Shown: piece by piece, positions 1-10,707 of the stretch
Position numbering within the stretch: position 1 is the stretch's first letter
How the letters are laid out: each line of letters begins with the position of its first letter
DNA from: Pavona decussata
Lineage: Eukaryota
Length of the DNA stretch: 64,000 nt
Assembly: GCA_977016875.1 (NCBI GenBank)
Contig: CDRNST010000124.1
Location: forward strand, 558,001 to 622,000
Reading direction: 5' to 3'
Program-made: the position numbers and the translations under genes
Notes under the pieces: model-generated
The model's input: only the letters and a program-made list of their open reading frames with translations
Database searches by the model: none
What the model was told of the DNA's origin: nothing

Positions 1-380
1 CCTTTGCCATGGTGGCAGCCCTGCAATCAGTTTGGTTTATTTACATGCACGTTTTCTACTGGTACAATGTGAACATAGCTTTGATGTTGTAGTCTGGTGA
101 AGTTACCATCCACCAGTAAAACCAATAAAACCAGTAGGGAATACATTTTTTTTTTTTTTTCATTTTGTTATTTTTGCCAACTTCTGCATGTTTGAGCAAT
201 TTCAACCGCCGCGGCTAGGATTGAGTTAGAATAACGTATTCAGAAGGAAAAGACATTTGGCCTTGGCTACACATTATTTGCAAAATCAAGGTTCAAATGA
301 TGTAGAACTGTAAAAACACGGCAATTCGATTCGCTTATAGTAACAGTAATGTATTGACATGGACCATGGTGTTAGTACCA

Positions 381-665
381 TGGAGCGGTTTTCAATTGAG
401 TGTCGAAAGTTAGTTCGCGTTTGCTTTGGTTTTGCATTGCTACGCTCCGGGATTGGTTAACAAAACTCGCGCCACTTTCTCAACCAATGGTAATCCAAAC
501 CAAAACCAATCGTGTTTTGGCCGCACGCGTTTTCCCGCGCTTGGCGCCAGTTACATGTATTTGCTTCGAATTCTGATTGGTTCATTGTGCTGTTTACATC
601 TGTTGTGATTAGCCAGAGTAATTACTTTGGTTTTGGTTTTACGACACTCGACTGGAAACGCTCTA
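381..665. mobile_element. MITE (non-autonomous DNA transposon), ~285 bp
   Basis: Left end tggagcggttttcaattgagtgtcgaaa pairs with the reverse complement of the right end tttacgacactcgactggaaacgctcta. No coding capacity and no clear TSD. Confidence 0.8.
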
Positions 666-1386
666 TCGATTAGAGTAAAATCATCAACACTGACATTTCA
701 ATGGTAACAAAGGCGTTTCAATAGCCATGCTTTAGGAGTTCAAAACTGAATTCATTGACAGACTGAAATGTTAGAAACGCCTTGTGCTGTGTTAGAAACA
801 GTACCACTTGAAAGTACAGATTGGTAGCTCTCATTTATGCTTAGACTTAAGGTTCTTTTTACGAACTCAAAAGTTAGAAGAATTACCTTGTATAGTGGTG
901 TATAAAAGCATAGTAAACAGTATCACAGGAAGGTACTGATCAGTAACTTTTGAACTTAAGGATTTCATCCACAAATTGCAAACCTTTAGAAACCAAATTT
1001 AGTGACTCAAGGTTTAAATGCATCTCTGGGAGGCATAGAGTTGAAGTGAGAGTATAAGATATTTTAAAAGGTCTGGGAAAATAGCTTTCTGTTGTTAACA
1101 ATAAACTTATAGCGTAATGTCAGCACTGAGAAATTTGACTGTTCTTGTGAATACTTTTTTAGCTAGAGATAAAGAAATACACAAAAGAAATGTTGTAGTC
1201 AGTCTTTATGGACCACATTTAATTTTTTTTCTTTTCATTGCCAATCTGACCGCTCACTGTCCTTGAATATCGGCTATGAATCCGACTGAAATATTGGTGG
1301 CAGAGGTCGCGTCCACACTATGTCCGGATAAATTTGAAAAAAAAAAACATCTTTTTTTCTCTCCGGTTTGACCTTCCGTCTACACT

Positions 1387-1516
1387 TAGCCTGTTCCAGG
1401 CTATCGGGAGACGCGAAGGAGCGGACGAGAGGAACGAAAACGAGGGGCCTCGTTTTCTCACTTCTCGTCCGCTCTTTCGTGTCTCCCGAGGTACACCGAG
1501 AGCCTGGAACAGGCTC
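1387..1516. mobile_element. Small MITE with 9-bp TSD (AcademH-like)
   Basis: TIR agcctgttccaggct / agcctggaacaggct. Flanks gtctacact (1378-1386) and gtctacaca (1517-1525) match at 8 of 9 positions. Confidence 0.8.
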
Positions 1517-1557
1517 GTCTACACAAAAAAGAGCGTTTTCGACCACCGAAAGCGGAT

Positions 1558-1767
1558 TAGTCTGCGTAGCAGTCGTTTCCGTTTCCTTTAAGACAAGTGG
1601 GGCAAGCACGAAAGACGCGGGAGGGCGTTGGGCAGAAAGGAGCAAAAAAGTAGGAGCGGGGGGGGGGGGGGGAGGGGCGGCCCTCCCCCGCTCCTACTTT
1701 TTTTATCCTTTATGCCCAATTCCCTCGCGCGTCTTAAAGGGAACGAATACGACTGCTACGCAGGCTA
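1558..1767. mobile_element. MITE with TAG...CTA termini and perfect 9-bp TSD (AcademH-like)
   Basis: TIR tagtctgcgtagcagtcg / cgactgctacgcaggcta extending about 35 bp. TSD aaagcggat at 1549-1557 and 1768-1776. Confidence 0.9.
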
Positions 1768-2671
1768 AAAGCGGATCTTTTTGAAAACGTTCTCCAGAGT
1801 GGATAAATTTTTGAAAACGCCAGCTTGGTGTTTATTTTTTGCAAACGGCGAAAACAGAGCTTTTGAAAACGCTTTCCATCTGAAAACGTCAGCTTGGTGT
1901 CTTAGTGTGAACGGCGAGATCGGAGGTTTTTGAAAACGCTTTCAAAGGTGGATAAATTTGAAAACGCCGGCTTGGTATATCAGTGTGAACCGGGCAAAAA
2001 CAGTGCTTTTTGGAAACGCTCTCCAGAGTGAATAAATTTGAAAACGCCAGCTTGGTATATTATAGTGTGAACTGCAAAACGGACTTTTTTGAAAACGCAG
2101 ACGTCACAACAGTAATGCGAACATATTTCACCGAATACTTAGCGTTATTGAGAGACGACGGAGCTGAGTGCGATGTGGACGGCAAAACTCGCGATCGGAT
2201 ACGAAAACGATGGTGTGGACGGAAAACATTTCAATGATGCCTTTCTGGGGCAAAAATGCCGCTTCAAATATATCAGGATTAGTTTGGTTTTAGACAGTGA
2301 GTATGGAGGATAAAGATTGGGGATAAATGAGGTTGTAAGGAAACTTACGACCACGTAACTTGGTAAAATAGGTTGAAAACCCTGAATTTGATTGTTGCAA
2401 TGGGCTAACAGGGCCCCTGACGGCAGTTCACGTTACACGACTACAAAATATAAATGGCCCCCGATAGGCCGATCGGCTCGAAGCAAAATCTGGCACCAAT
2501 TTAGTCAGCAGGTCTGCACCTGTTCTAAGCTCCATTTTCACTGGACCCTGATAACCTCCAGCTTCATTGTTTTTATGTTTAAGAGTATTGTTTTGTTGAC
2601 AATGATGTATTATTCAGTAATGACAGGCAAACTCGAAAAAAAAAATATCACTAAATCAGCAAGATTTAGCA

Positions 2672-3454
2672 TTATACAATGAACTGTGTAAAACTCGCGT
2701 TTTGATTGGTCTAGAGGAGTGTGTGATTAGAGTATAGACGCACGATTGACGTCATCGAGGGGTGTGACCGGTGCACGTGATCAGAGTCTAGAGTCCAGCC
2801 AGAGTGAATGGTCAACAAAGTTTTGCAAACTGTTTTTGCGAGTAGCGGACAAACACAGGCAAATTTTTGCAGGAATCGAAAGCCAAGGACAAAAAAAATT
2901 GGACAAAGGGCGTTCTGAGAGTGACCTCAACCAGGATAGGAAAGCTGGAACTTTGTTGTGACGTGAAAAGGAAGCAAATATTTGTCGAAATATGTCGCAG
3001 ATAGAAATCCGGTAATGACGAGTAATCGATTACGAATCGCAGGGAAGCGACTTGCATGCTGTAATATTTTGGGGTCAGGATTTCCTACTGGAATAGTTTT
3101 GAAAATATTGTTAGTAAAATTCTTTCGGATTATACGCTAATTTAGAAGATCACAATTGCATGTGTGTAGTAGTCTAAAACTGAGTTTGCTGGAAAGTTTT
3201 TGATTCAGCTCAGGCAACACGATGCTCGCTTACGAAATGTGTTGAAATGTCTTGGTTATTGTATAAAACAAATAGATTCCATTTTGCCGTGGGTCTGTAC
3301 TCTGATAACGCACAGAGGACGTCAAAACGTGGTGAGAACATCAGTCACGCTACTCGCCTGCGGCTCGTAGCGTACTTCTTTGTTCTCACCACGTTTTGAC
3401 GTCGTCTGTGCGTTATCAGAGTACAGACGCACGGCAAAATGGAATCTATTTGTT
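2672..3454. mobile_element. Non-autonomous element (possibly Crypton-related) ending in a long fold-back
   Basis: Short inverted ends ttatacaat (2672) and attgtataa (3258-3266), followed directly by a near-perfect palindrome at 3267-3454. The family assignment is tentative. Confidence 0.55.
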
Positions 3455-5706
3455 AAATCTATCATCTTGTACACGTGATGTATTCATACTCATTATACCA
3501 CCTTTAATATATTTGTTATTTCATACAGCGAATTTTCTGATACATTTGGGAAAAACTTGAAAACTTGAGGTAGGCCAAATTTTTTTTTCCATTCGTAATC
3601 CATTTCCATCCTGGTCTTCTTCAGCCGAAGATGATCAATGCTAGTTTTTGTACACTACTCGAGCTCAGTGACCGTTTAAAGAAAACTGGACCAAGTTATT
3701 TAAACGTCGCCATTGATACAAGGCCGTTAGATATTTTGAGTTTTTAAAGTGACGCTAAGAATAGGTGAAAATCTCCCCCATAAATGGTGAATTTGTATCC
3801 ACTGATGTTTGCAAAATCATGAAAAAAAAAAACAAACAAACAAACAACAACAACAACAACAAAAAATCACTTTATTCAGGCCGCTCTGTGGTTTCCCGCG
3901 TTAATTCTTGTGCAACTCCGCCCTTCTCCTCACATGCCAGTCAAAATCCTCACCCGGCCCAGTCTTTACCCGGCCGATTGAATTTTGACTGTCTCACTTA
4001 AGGTTCATTTACTCCCTGACAGTCTTCAATGCCCTGTCGCAACCCAGATACGAAGTATAACAACAAAATAATAGTACCTTGCGTTTAGCGAAGCCCACCC
4101 TTTGTTCAAAGATTTCCCCAACTATGTTGTTGTAGCTATTGTTGTTATAGCTCGAGTGTCTTTTTAGCATCACAATGATAGTTTTGTAATTTGTTATGTA
4201 AACGGCTCACTGAATGAAGTAATACCGCCAATAAAACTTTACCACTGCTACTATTAATGTATTCAGTATCGCCTCAAACCCACTTTTCGACCTTCTACCT
4301 GTCTGATTTCGACTGACGTCTGTAAGTCTAGAAGTTACGTAGAAAGACGCGATATATAATCATCATACTGACTGTTGGCTGATATTAAAAAGGTTTTTTT
4401 TTTGGAGTGGGGGGGGGGGGGTGGGAGGGGGTGAAGTTCGTCGGATTGTTTCCAATGATCTTTTGTGGCGGAACTCAGTCTTCCCTCGGCAATGATCCTT
4501 GGACGTATGTATCAAGATATCATCACTGCTTGATACTGTAGCTATCGCACTAAGCTATTCTGGAACCCGAAAGAAATTCCTAGATATATTTGCTAACATG
4601 TCCAATACTCGAACTTTGACATAGTGAGACGTCTTAAACCACTCTACCTAGACAGGGTATCTGTTCTCAAACTTTTGAAGGTTCTTTGCGGCTTATGAAA
4701 GATCTCAGAATAACTATCGAATTGAAAAGTAAACAACCTAAACGTCTTAAACCCAATTTTAGACACGTTTTGCTTTATATACACGTAGCTATTCCAGAAC
4801 TTTGCAGATTACCATTAAGCCTCTAGGTAAACAAAATTGTACACCACAAAATGGTACTATAAACGTTTGAAGTTAACCCGATCTATATATGAAGGTAATC
4901 AGTTATGAAGGACTTTATTTCTCGAACTATTTCCTTGAGCTGTTAAGATGGTAGATAAACGTTCCATTGGAGATGAAACGGAAATTTTCAAACCAGAAGA
5001 AGAGGCAGTGGTGCTATTGTAAAATTATGTTTTGTTTAGCGCACGTGAAATGCGCTTTATTCCTTAATCTGTTATAACAACAAACATGGCCTGGCTTGCA
5101 AGGTCACGTTTTGCTGTTATTTAGGAGATTAAGAATTTTGAATCTCTCCAGAAAACTCGTTGTTTTTTAATTTCCCACAGGAAACTAAGAGCATGCAAGT
5201 ACACATGTACGAATGTTAACCTCTACCAACAGTGAAATAATATGCCTGTGTAGGTAGCTTAAGTATTACAACACATTCCTTTGGTGATATTTATTATGCT
5301 CCAGATACAAGGAGTGAGTTCTACTGATCGACCTTTTGAATTTGCCAGTGGAAGAAATTCTATATAAATGAAAGCTACTGAGTGGTAATTTCCTGTCGAA
5401 GTAGCAATGATACATGTATCGTGTTATGGCGTATGGCAGTGAGGGTGATTCTAACTTTCGGCTATTTAAAAGATGCTCTGTTGTACTGTTTACGACTCGG
5501 ATGCTATACAACTGTAGGGAGCCCGTGACTCAGTGAAATCCTAAATGTTAACCATTCCCTTTCTTTATATGGCGCTGTTAATGCCGATGATTAAATCCTG
5601 AAAGTACGACCATTTAATAAACCATCATCAGTGAACAAGGTGGTGTCACTTTTGAGTCCGTTGATGAAATCATAAAATGTAACCAGGTATGCAACTGTAT
5701 TTTGAC

Positions 5707-6047
5707 AGGGGCATTGTCACGTCATAAATAAAAGAAAAGTAGCCAAAAACCATTTTTGTATCAACTGTTAAATAATCAGCCAGTCTTGTTAACAATTACC
5801 CTACTACTGCAGAGAAATTGTTATAAATACATTATCTGTGCCTGCGGATGGCTAGAATGAAAGCGAATTTAGAATGGCCAATTTTTCCCGGTATTTTTGG
5901 TGAAACAATGCTACAACCGATAATGGTTTGTCCTTTCTTGGGCAAATCACTGAGACTGAGCATTGTTATGTTTGACCAAATATAGTTTGTCAAATATTTT
6001 GTGTATCTTTGACCAAAGTACAGCAAGATTCCCGTGATGATACCCCT
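5707..6047 (-). mobile_element. Degenerate Kolobok-like non-autonomous element; same family as 31790-32153
   Basis: Ends aggggcattgtcacg and cgtgatgatacccct. The reverse complement of 5985-6047 aligns by eye with 31790-31865. Confidence 0.55.
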
Positions 6048-6131
6048 TCTTTGTTGGATTGAAACTGGTTAATTCGTTATGTTAAACGCAAGGCAAACAT
6101 GTAGTTCAGCACCCAAGCCGTAAGATATTTT

Positions 6132-6388
6132 TTAGCCATCTCCAATACTTTCATAATAAGTGTAGCCATTCCTTTTGATGTAGTTTTTAGGATCCTGGTT
6201 TCTTGTAGCATCTTTCAGCTCACACTGTTTGACGAGAGAGGAAGAATCATGCTGGAAGTTGAACGAGAGGCACCTGCTGTCCTCTCGACATCTCTGTGCG
6301 CACTGATCGATGCTTTGAACCTCGTGTTGAGCGCGCGAGTGTAGGAGAAGTGCATGACCGACTTCTCGGAGTGTCGCGTGGAATATTC
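6132..6388 (-). CDS. Last coding exon: PAN/Apple domain of a putative secreted lectin-PAN protein
   Basis: GHAL..H...EVQSIDQCAQRCREDSRCLSFNFQ...QCELKD...YTYYE has the C-x3-C...C-x-S-F-N-F...C-E-L PAN pattern. Acceptor ctttccaactccacag ends at 6389 (phase 1); TAA at 6134-6132. Confidence 0.88.
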
Positions 6389-7417
6389 CTGTGGAGTTGG
6401 AAAGAAAGTGCGTTCGAGTTGCGCCGATTTTAAAATTTATTTTATTATATTGTTTGATGTAAAAAAAATTGATCATTGGGTAATATAATTCCAGAGTTTT
6501 GATCGGAAATATCGACCATTAATGGTTTCCTGGTCGTTCCCGCCAAATGAAATAAGCAAAACCCAGCAATATTTCTTCGTTGTTTTTAATAAAACGGTTA
6601 CTCCACTGCTGCGCGTTGAATATGTGAACAACATAGTCAACTTAGCGCTGTACGCTTCGTCGGCGAAGCGTGCAGCGCCATACCCAGCGCTACCTCTCAT
6701 ATCCAACACGCGTGTGTGGAATAGTGGAACAACTAGTTGTTAAATGTCATCACAATAAGTAGCTTCTGTTGGTTGCATAGATTAGTATGGGTAAATTTGT
6801 TTTATTTTTTGTATTTTGAAGGATTATTTGTGGGTAAGTAAAGTTGACTTGACTTGAATGATGGCATTTTCTTAGCCTCAATTTACATTCATATTTCTGG
6901 GCTAGGCATTTCTAAGCTTATTCTAAAGCTAAATGCGACCCAGATTTTCCTTCCTCCACCGATGCGATAAAGGGATTCAGAAACATTTGTGTTTGTAGTA
7001 AGTAAACCAAATACTGCAAGAGTGGGTGTTGCCAAGTATGAAATGTTTCTCTGGTTCTCGTTCTTTGTTGAACCTGACCAAACTAAGATCCTACTTTGTT
7101 ACTTATAGTTATTTGTAAAGATAATATTCTAATATAATTAGCAATCTCATCTTGTTTACCTGAATTGAATTAATGCTATATTCGGTCGTGGTTTAATTTT
7201 AATACATTTTTATGAAGGGTCATTTAAAAGCATAAGCTACCCAGCTTCTTTGTAGATCAAACTTGTGTTCACTAGTTTTTTTAACCTATTTTTATCACTG
7301 ATCATATTTGAGTCAGAATAAGCCAAATAAAAATCAGTTGAAAGGTAAGTTAAAAAAATGCGAGCACTCTTTGCAAGTTCGTTCATCCCCCTGTTGGAGT
7401 TTTTTGAAAATCCTTTA

Positions 7418-7695
7418 GCCTGCCGCACACTTGAGGAAAGAGCTGAGCAAATTGCCTCGCGAGGCCAAGCACGGCAATCAGCTCAGCTGTTTCCTCAAGT
7501 GTGCGGTTGAGTTTTCGTGAGAATTTCGCCTCACGAGGCGAAATTTCAAATATCAAACATGATAGATATTTTCGTCACGGCCTCGCGAGGCGAAAAACTC
7601 ATGAAAACGCAACCGCACATGCACGTGATGAAACAGCTGAGCCGTTCACCTCGCGAGGCAGTTTGCTCAGCTCTTTCCTCAAGTATGTGGCAGGC
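7418..7695. mobile_element. PIF/Harbinger-type MITE in intron 2 of the lectin-PAN gene
   Basis: About 48-bp TIRs gcctgccgcacacttgaggaaagagctgagcaaattgcctcgcgagg. TTA TSD at 7415-7417 and 7696-7698. Confidence 0.88.
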
Positions 7696-7737
7696 TTACG
7701 AAGTAACTCATCGATGAACTCCGGCTTTCCTACCAAC

Positions 7738-8205
7738 CTTTGTGCGCATGCTCGCGTTTGACTGACACGTCCGACACTCTGCGCCTGCAGTAAGTTTCTT
7801 CGTGCTTTCCCTTGTCAGCAGTCCATATCCATGAAGCTTCTTCACTGATCTCGCCTATGCTACCCCAGACAGTCCAACCTCGGTTTGGAAAGTACTCCAC
7901 GGCCTGTGGCCAGTGACTGTCATCATACAAGACCCCCATCCAGTGCCTCTTTAAGCGATTTCTTCCCGTTCGTCCAGTGCACTTCCAGCGGGAGTCAGTT
8001 ACTAGGGCATTGTCAAGACTTCCCAGAATGCCCGCCTCACCGACATCATTAACACATTTTACAGCCAGGACACGAGTTCCCGGATGAAGAGTAAAACGCA
8101 CGGGTTTGATTTTGCCGCGGTTATTTCCAGCATACTTGCCGTCGATGTAAACCGTCATGGTCTGGTCACACGTCAAGGTGGCTGTTAGAGTTTTGGTTGT
8201 TGTGG
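7738..8205 (-). CDS. Internal exon: galactose-binding-like (lectin-type beta-sandwich) domain
   Basis: TCDQTMTVYIDG...VLAVKCVN...GILGS...VTDSRWKCT...YDDSHWPQA...ASWIW...YCR. Acceptor cattttcag ends at 8206; donor AAG/gttggt at 7737; 468 nt, phase 1-1. Confidence 0.88.
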
Positions 8206-8402
8206 CTGAAAATGCGAATGCAAACAAGCTCTCAATAAAAAAGAAGAAGAAGAAGAGCTCGAGGGCGATCATGATAGAGAAATAGAGGAGGAGGAGGAGA
8301 CGGAGAATGAAAACAAAAGTTTTTAACAGAATAATACCAAACATTTAGGACACCTAGAAGGCAAAAGGTAGAATGAGACATGTAAGAACTGAAGCTGAAG
8401 CT

Positions 8403-8495
8403 GAAGAAGAAGAAGAAGAAGAAGAAGAAGAAGAAGAAGAAGAAGAAGAAGAAGAAGAAGAACAACAACAACAACAACAACAACAATAATAACAA
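8403..8495. repeat. Compound microsatellite (GAA)20(CAA)8(TAA)2 in intron 1
   Basis: Directly visible trinucleotide runs. Confidence 0.95.
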
Positions 8496-8921
8496 GAGGA
8501 CAGACTCAGTAAGAGGCAGGGCAAAAAATCAGGTCACATGCATTAAACTACGTCGGATCTTCCGTGTTTTGTCCTAATTGTTCATATGTTTCCTTACGAC
8601 TCTGATCGGTTTGAAGTAGAGATCTCCGAAGCTGCAACGCAACCATCAACGGTGCCTTTACTCAGAAGCCGCTAGTACAAAGGTCTACCCAATGAATGGT
8701 CTTTTTTTTCCTGCAGTTATACGTTGTTGTTTCTAAAACTAAGATCTTGTTGAAAAATTAAAAAGTAAAAAAAAGGCTTGAAATTGTTAAAAAAAAAAGA
8801 AAAAACCATCGCCCTATTAAATTGGTTGCTCAATGCAAAATTTCAAAACTTGAATTTGCTGTTTGCTTGAAGTAATTTTAACCGAACGATCTCTGAAACT
8901 ATACTACTAGTTTAAACTTAC

Positions 8922-9018
8922 CCTGAATAGATCGTATGTAACCCAACAATATTGAATGCTGCGTGACCAGTACAATTCTCATCAAAAAGCTTATGCTCGT
9001 CGTACGCGGCATGTACAT
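8922..9018 (-). CDS. Probable first coding exon (signal-peptide-like) of the lectin-PAN gene
   Basis: Encodes MYMPRTTSISFLMRIVLVTQHSILLGYIRSIQ plus G, then donor gtaagt at 8921. Its 97 nt (phase 1) join 8205 in frame; the three exons sum to 822 nt (273 aa plus stop). A possible acceptor at 9026 or a TATA-like run near 9147 lies upstream. Confidence 0.7.
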
Positions 9019-9545
9019 GTTAAAGCTGATGTTAAAGAGAGATATGAGTCCCTTCTAGTGTAAAGATGCTCAGAAGAGGCCAAAAAAGACGTCGTTTTAT
9101 CTCTTTGTAATAGACTCTTGACAACGCTTCTCGCCGAGTGTTTGCTATATATATGACAACGATACTCAGGTTTTTTTTCGGACCAATCGCGTACACGAAA
9201 CGTTATTACTTGAAAATTAATTAGTGAAGATTAAGGTCAAAAACAAACAACAGTTCAGTCGACTTTCCGTCGATTGGTGAAAAGCAATTAACGTGCACAC
9301 TATTTTTTAATTGCTCTGTTGGGACAAAGAAACGTCACTTTTCCCGAAAGTGACAACTGTCTCTAACTGCGAAACACAAATACACCCTGAAGGAGACCGA
9401 ATCATACAAACACGGTATGTGTCGGTGTCATCGAAGCTTCAGTTATACTTGTAAGTTCTCTTAGCTATTTGATGCGGTTGCAGATCTTTAATATTACTAC
9501 ACCGCTTCCTCTTTGAATTTTGTTGGCGTTAAATATTAAGTACAC

Positions 9546-9775
9546 GAAAGACCCTCGCAGTTATTTACGCAACTTAAGCAGTTTCGAAAAGAAGGCCTGA
9601 AAAAAAAATTCAGGCTTGAACGGGATTCGAACCCATAACCCGAGTCTGCGATGCCGATGCAGTGCTCTATCAATGGAGCTATCAAGCCAACTGGGAGCTG
9701 GTCGTATTGTGAGTTCGTAACTCACAATACATCTTCAACCGCAGTTCAAATATATGTTTTATATATTCATATTCA
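9546..9775 (-). mobile_element. tRNA-derived SINE-like repeat, copy 1
   Basis: Minus strand tggcttgatagctccattgatagagc...gggttcgaatcccgttcaagcc (A and B boxes, 9611-9689). Flanks are shared with 10096-10398. Confidence 0.8.
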
Positions 9776-10095
9776 TTGGCTAAATATTCTTTGTTTCATT
9801 TGTTTATTCAGCTGGACAAATTGGTGGGAAAGAGTTCAAAGAAAAAGTTGGTACTTTAAAACAAACCATGGAAAAGTAAATACGAACTTATAACGCAGCT
9901 CAGCCTAGATCAAGAGTCAATGGAAACAGTTAATTTCATTGTTGTAAAGTGCAATAATAAACTTTAATTTTGTTTCGTTTTTTGATAAGTAGGTAGAACA
10001 CGGCCTTTCAATTACTTTACACTGTTAGTCTTTGAATTGTCAGGCGCAAACCGGCGCGAAAATTAGTAAGCAACAGAGAAGAAAGACAAATAGAA

Positions 10096-10398
10096 GAAAG
10101 ATCCTCGCAGTTAATACGCAACTTAAGTAGTTGCGAAAAGAAAGCCTAAAAAAAAATTCAGGCTTGAACGGGATTCGAACCTATGACCTCTGCGATACCG
10201 GAGCAGTGCTCTGCCAAGTGAGCTATCAAGCTAACTGGGAGCTTGTCATATTGTGAGTTCGTAACATACCCGGGAAGGATGATTAAATGAATTTAAATAT
10301 ATGAAAGATAGATATTTTGAACTGTGTATGAAAGATCAAATAAAAGAAAGATCCTCGCAGTTTGTACGCAACTTAAGCAGTTGCGAAAAGAAAGCCAG
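10096..10398 (-). mobile_element. tRNA-derived SINE-like repeat, copy 2 (250-bp unit plus start of a second unit)
   Basis: tRNA-like segment at 10159-10233 with a GGT anticodon-like loop. gaaagatcctcgcagtt recurs at 10096 and 10346. Confidence 0.82.
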
Positions 10399-10707
10399 AA
10401 AAAGAAAAAAAAAAAAGAGAGAGAGAGTAGAAGAAAGACAAGAAAGACAAGGACACAATGTTTTTTCTTGCCAGCATATTGATCGTTTGCACTTTTCCTC
10501 CGACACCGTCGAAGTTATTCAGCAGTCAGGGATTCCGCTGAATTCAACAACGTTATTTCTGTGAATCATAGCTTCCTTGATCCAACTTTACAGCTTAATA
10601 CATTATTTTGTTCCGTTTTCTGCTGAAAAAAAAAACACAACGACAACAACGTTTGCGGACGAAAAGGGATTCAAAAAACCTCGAGAAACCAACGGAGGAA
10701 CGACTCA

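Larger units (their letters stand above)
1304..2295. mobile_element. Degenerate PIF/Harbinger-like MITE with internal subrepeats; host to two nested MITEs
   Basis: Starts aggtcgcgtccacactatgtccggata. Repeated tttgaaaacgc...ggataaatttgaaaacgcc.gcttggt units at 1780-2100, gtgtggacggaaaac near 2213, and a decayed right end tatcaggattagtttgg. Confidence 0.6.

Noticed and set aside
1274-2354. Overlapping 69-138-aa ORFs, also at 13579-13938, 33128-33391 and 37014-37466
   Set aside because: They fall in GC-rich MITE or repeat sequence and encode no transposase or other motifs.
2409-2550. cagggccc...ggaccctg as a small hAT MITE
   Set aside because: TIR too short and no matching TSD.
8206-8495. Hydrophobic N-terminus of ORF 7730-8344 and the poly-Phe/Leu ORF 8232-8495
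   Set aside because: Translations of intronic GAA/GAG/CAA microsatellites upstream of the real acceptor at 8206.
9611-10233. Two tRNA-like sequences as real tRNA genes
   Set aside because: Mismatched stems, an insertion in copy 1, an atypical GGT anticodon and shared long flanks indicate SINE-like repeats.
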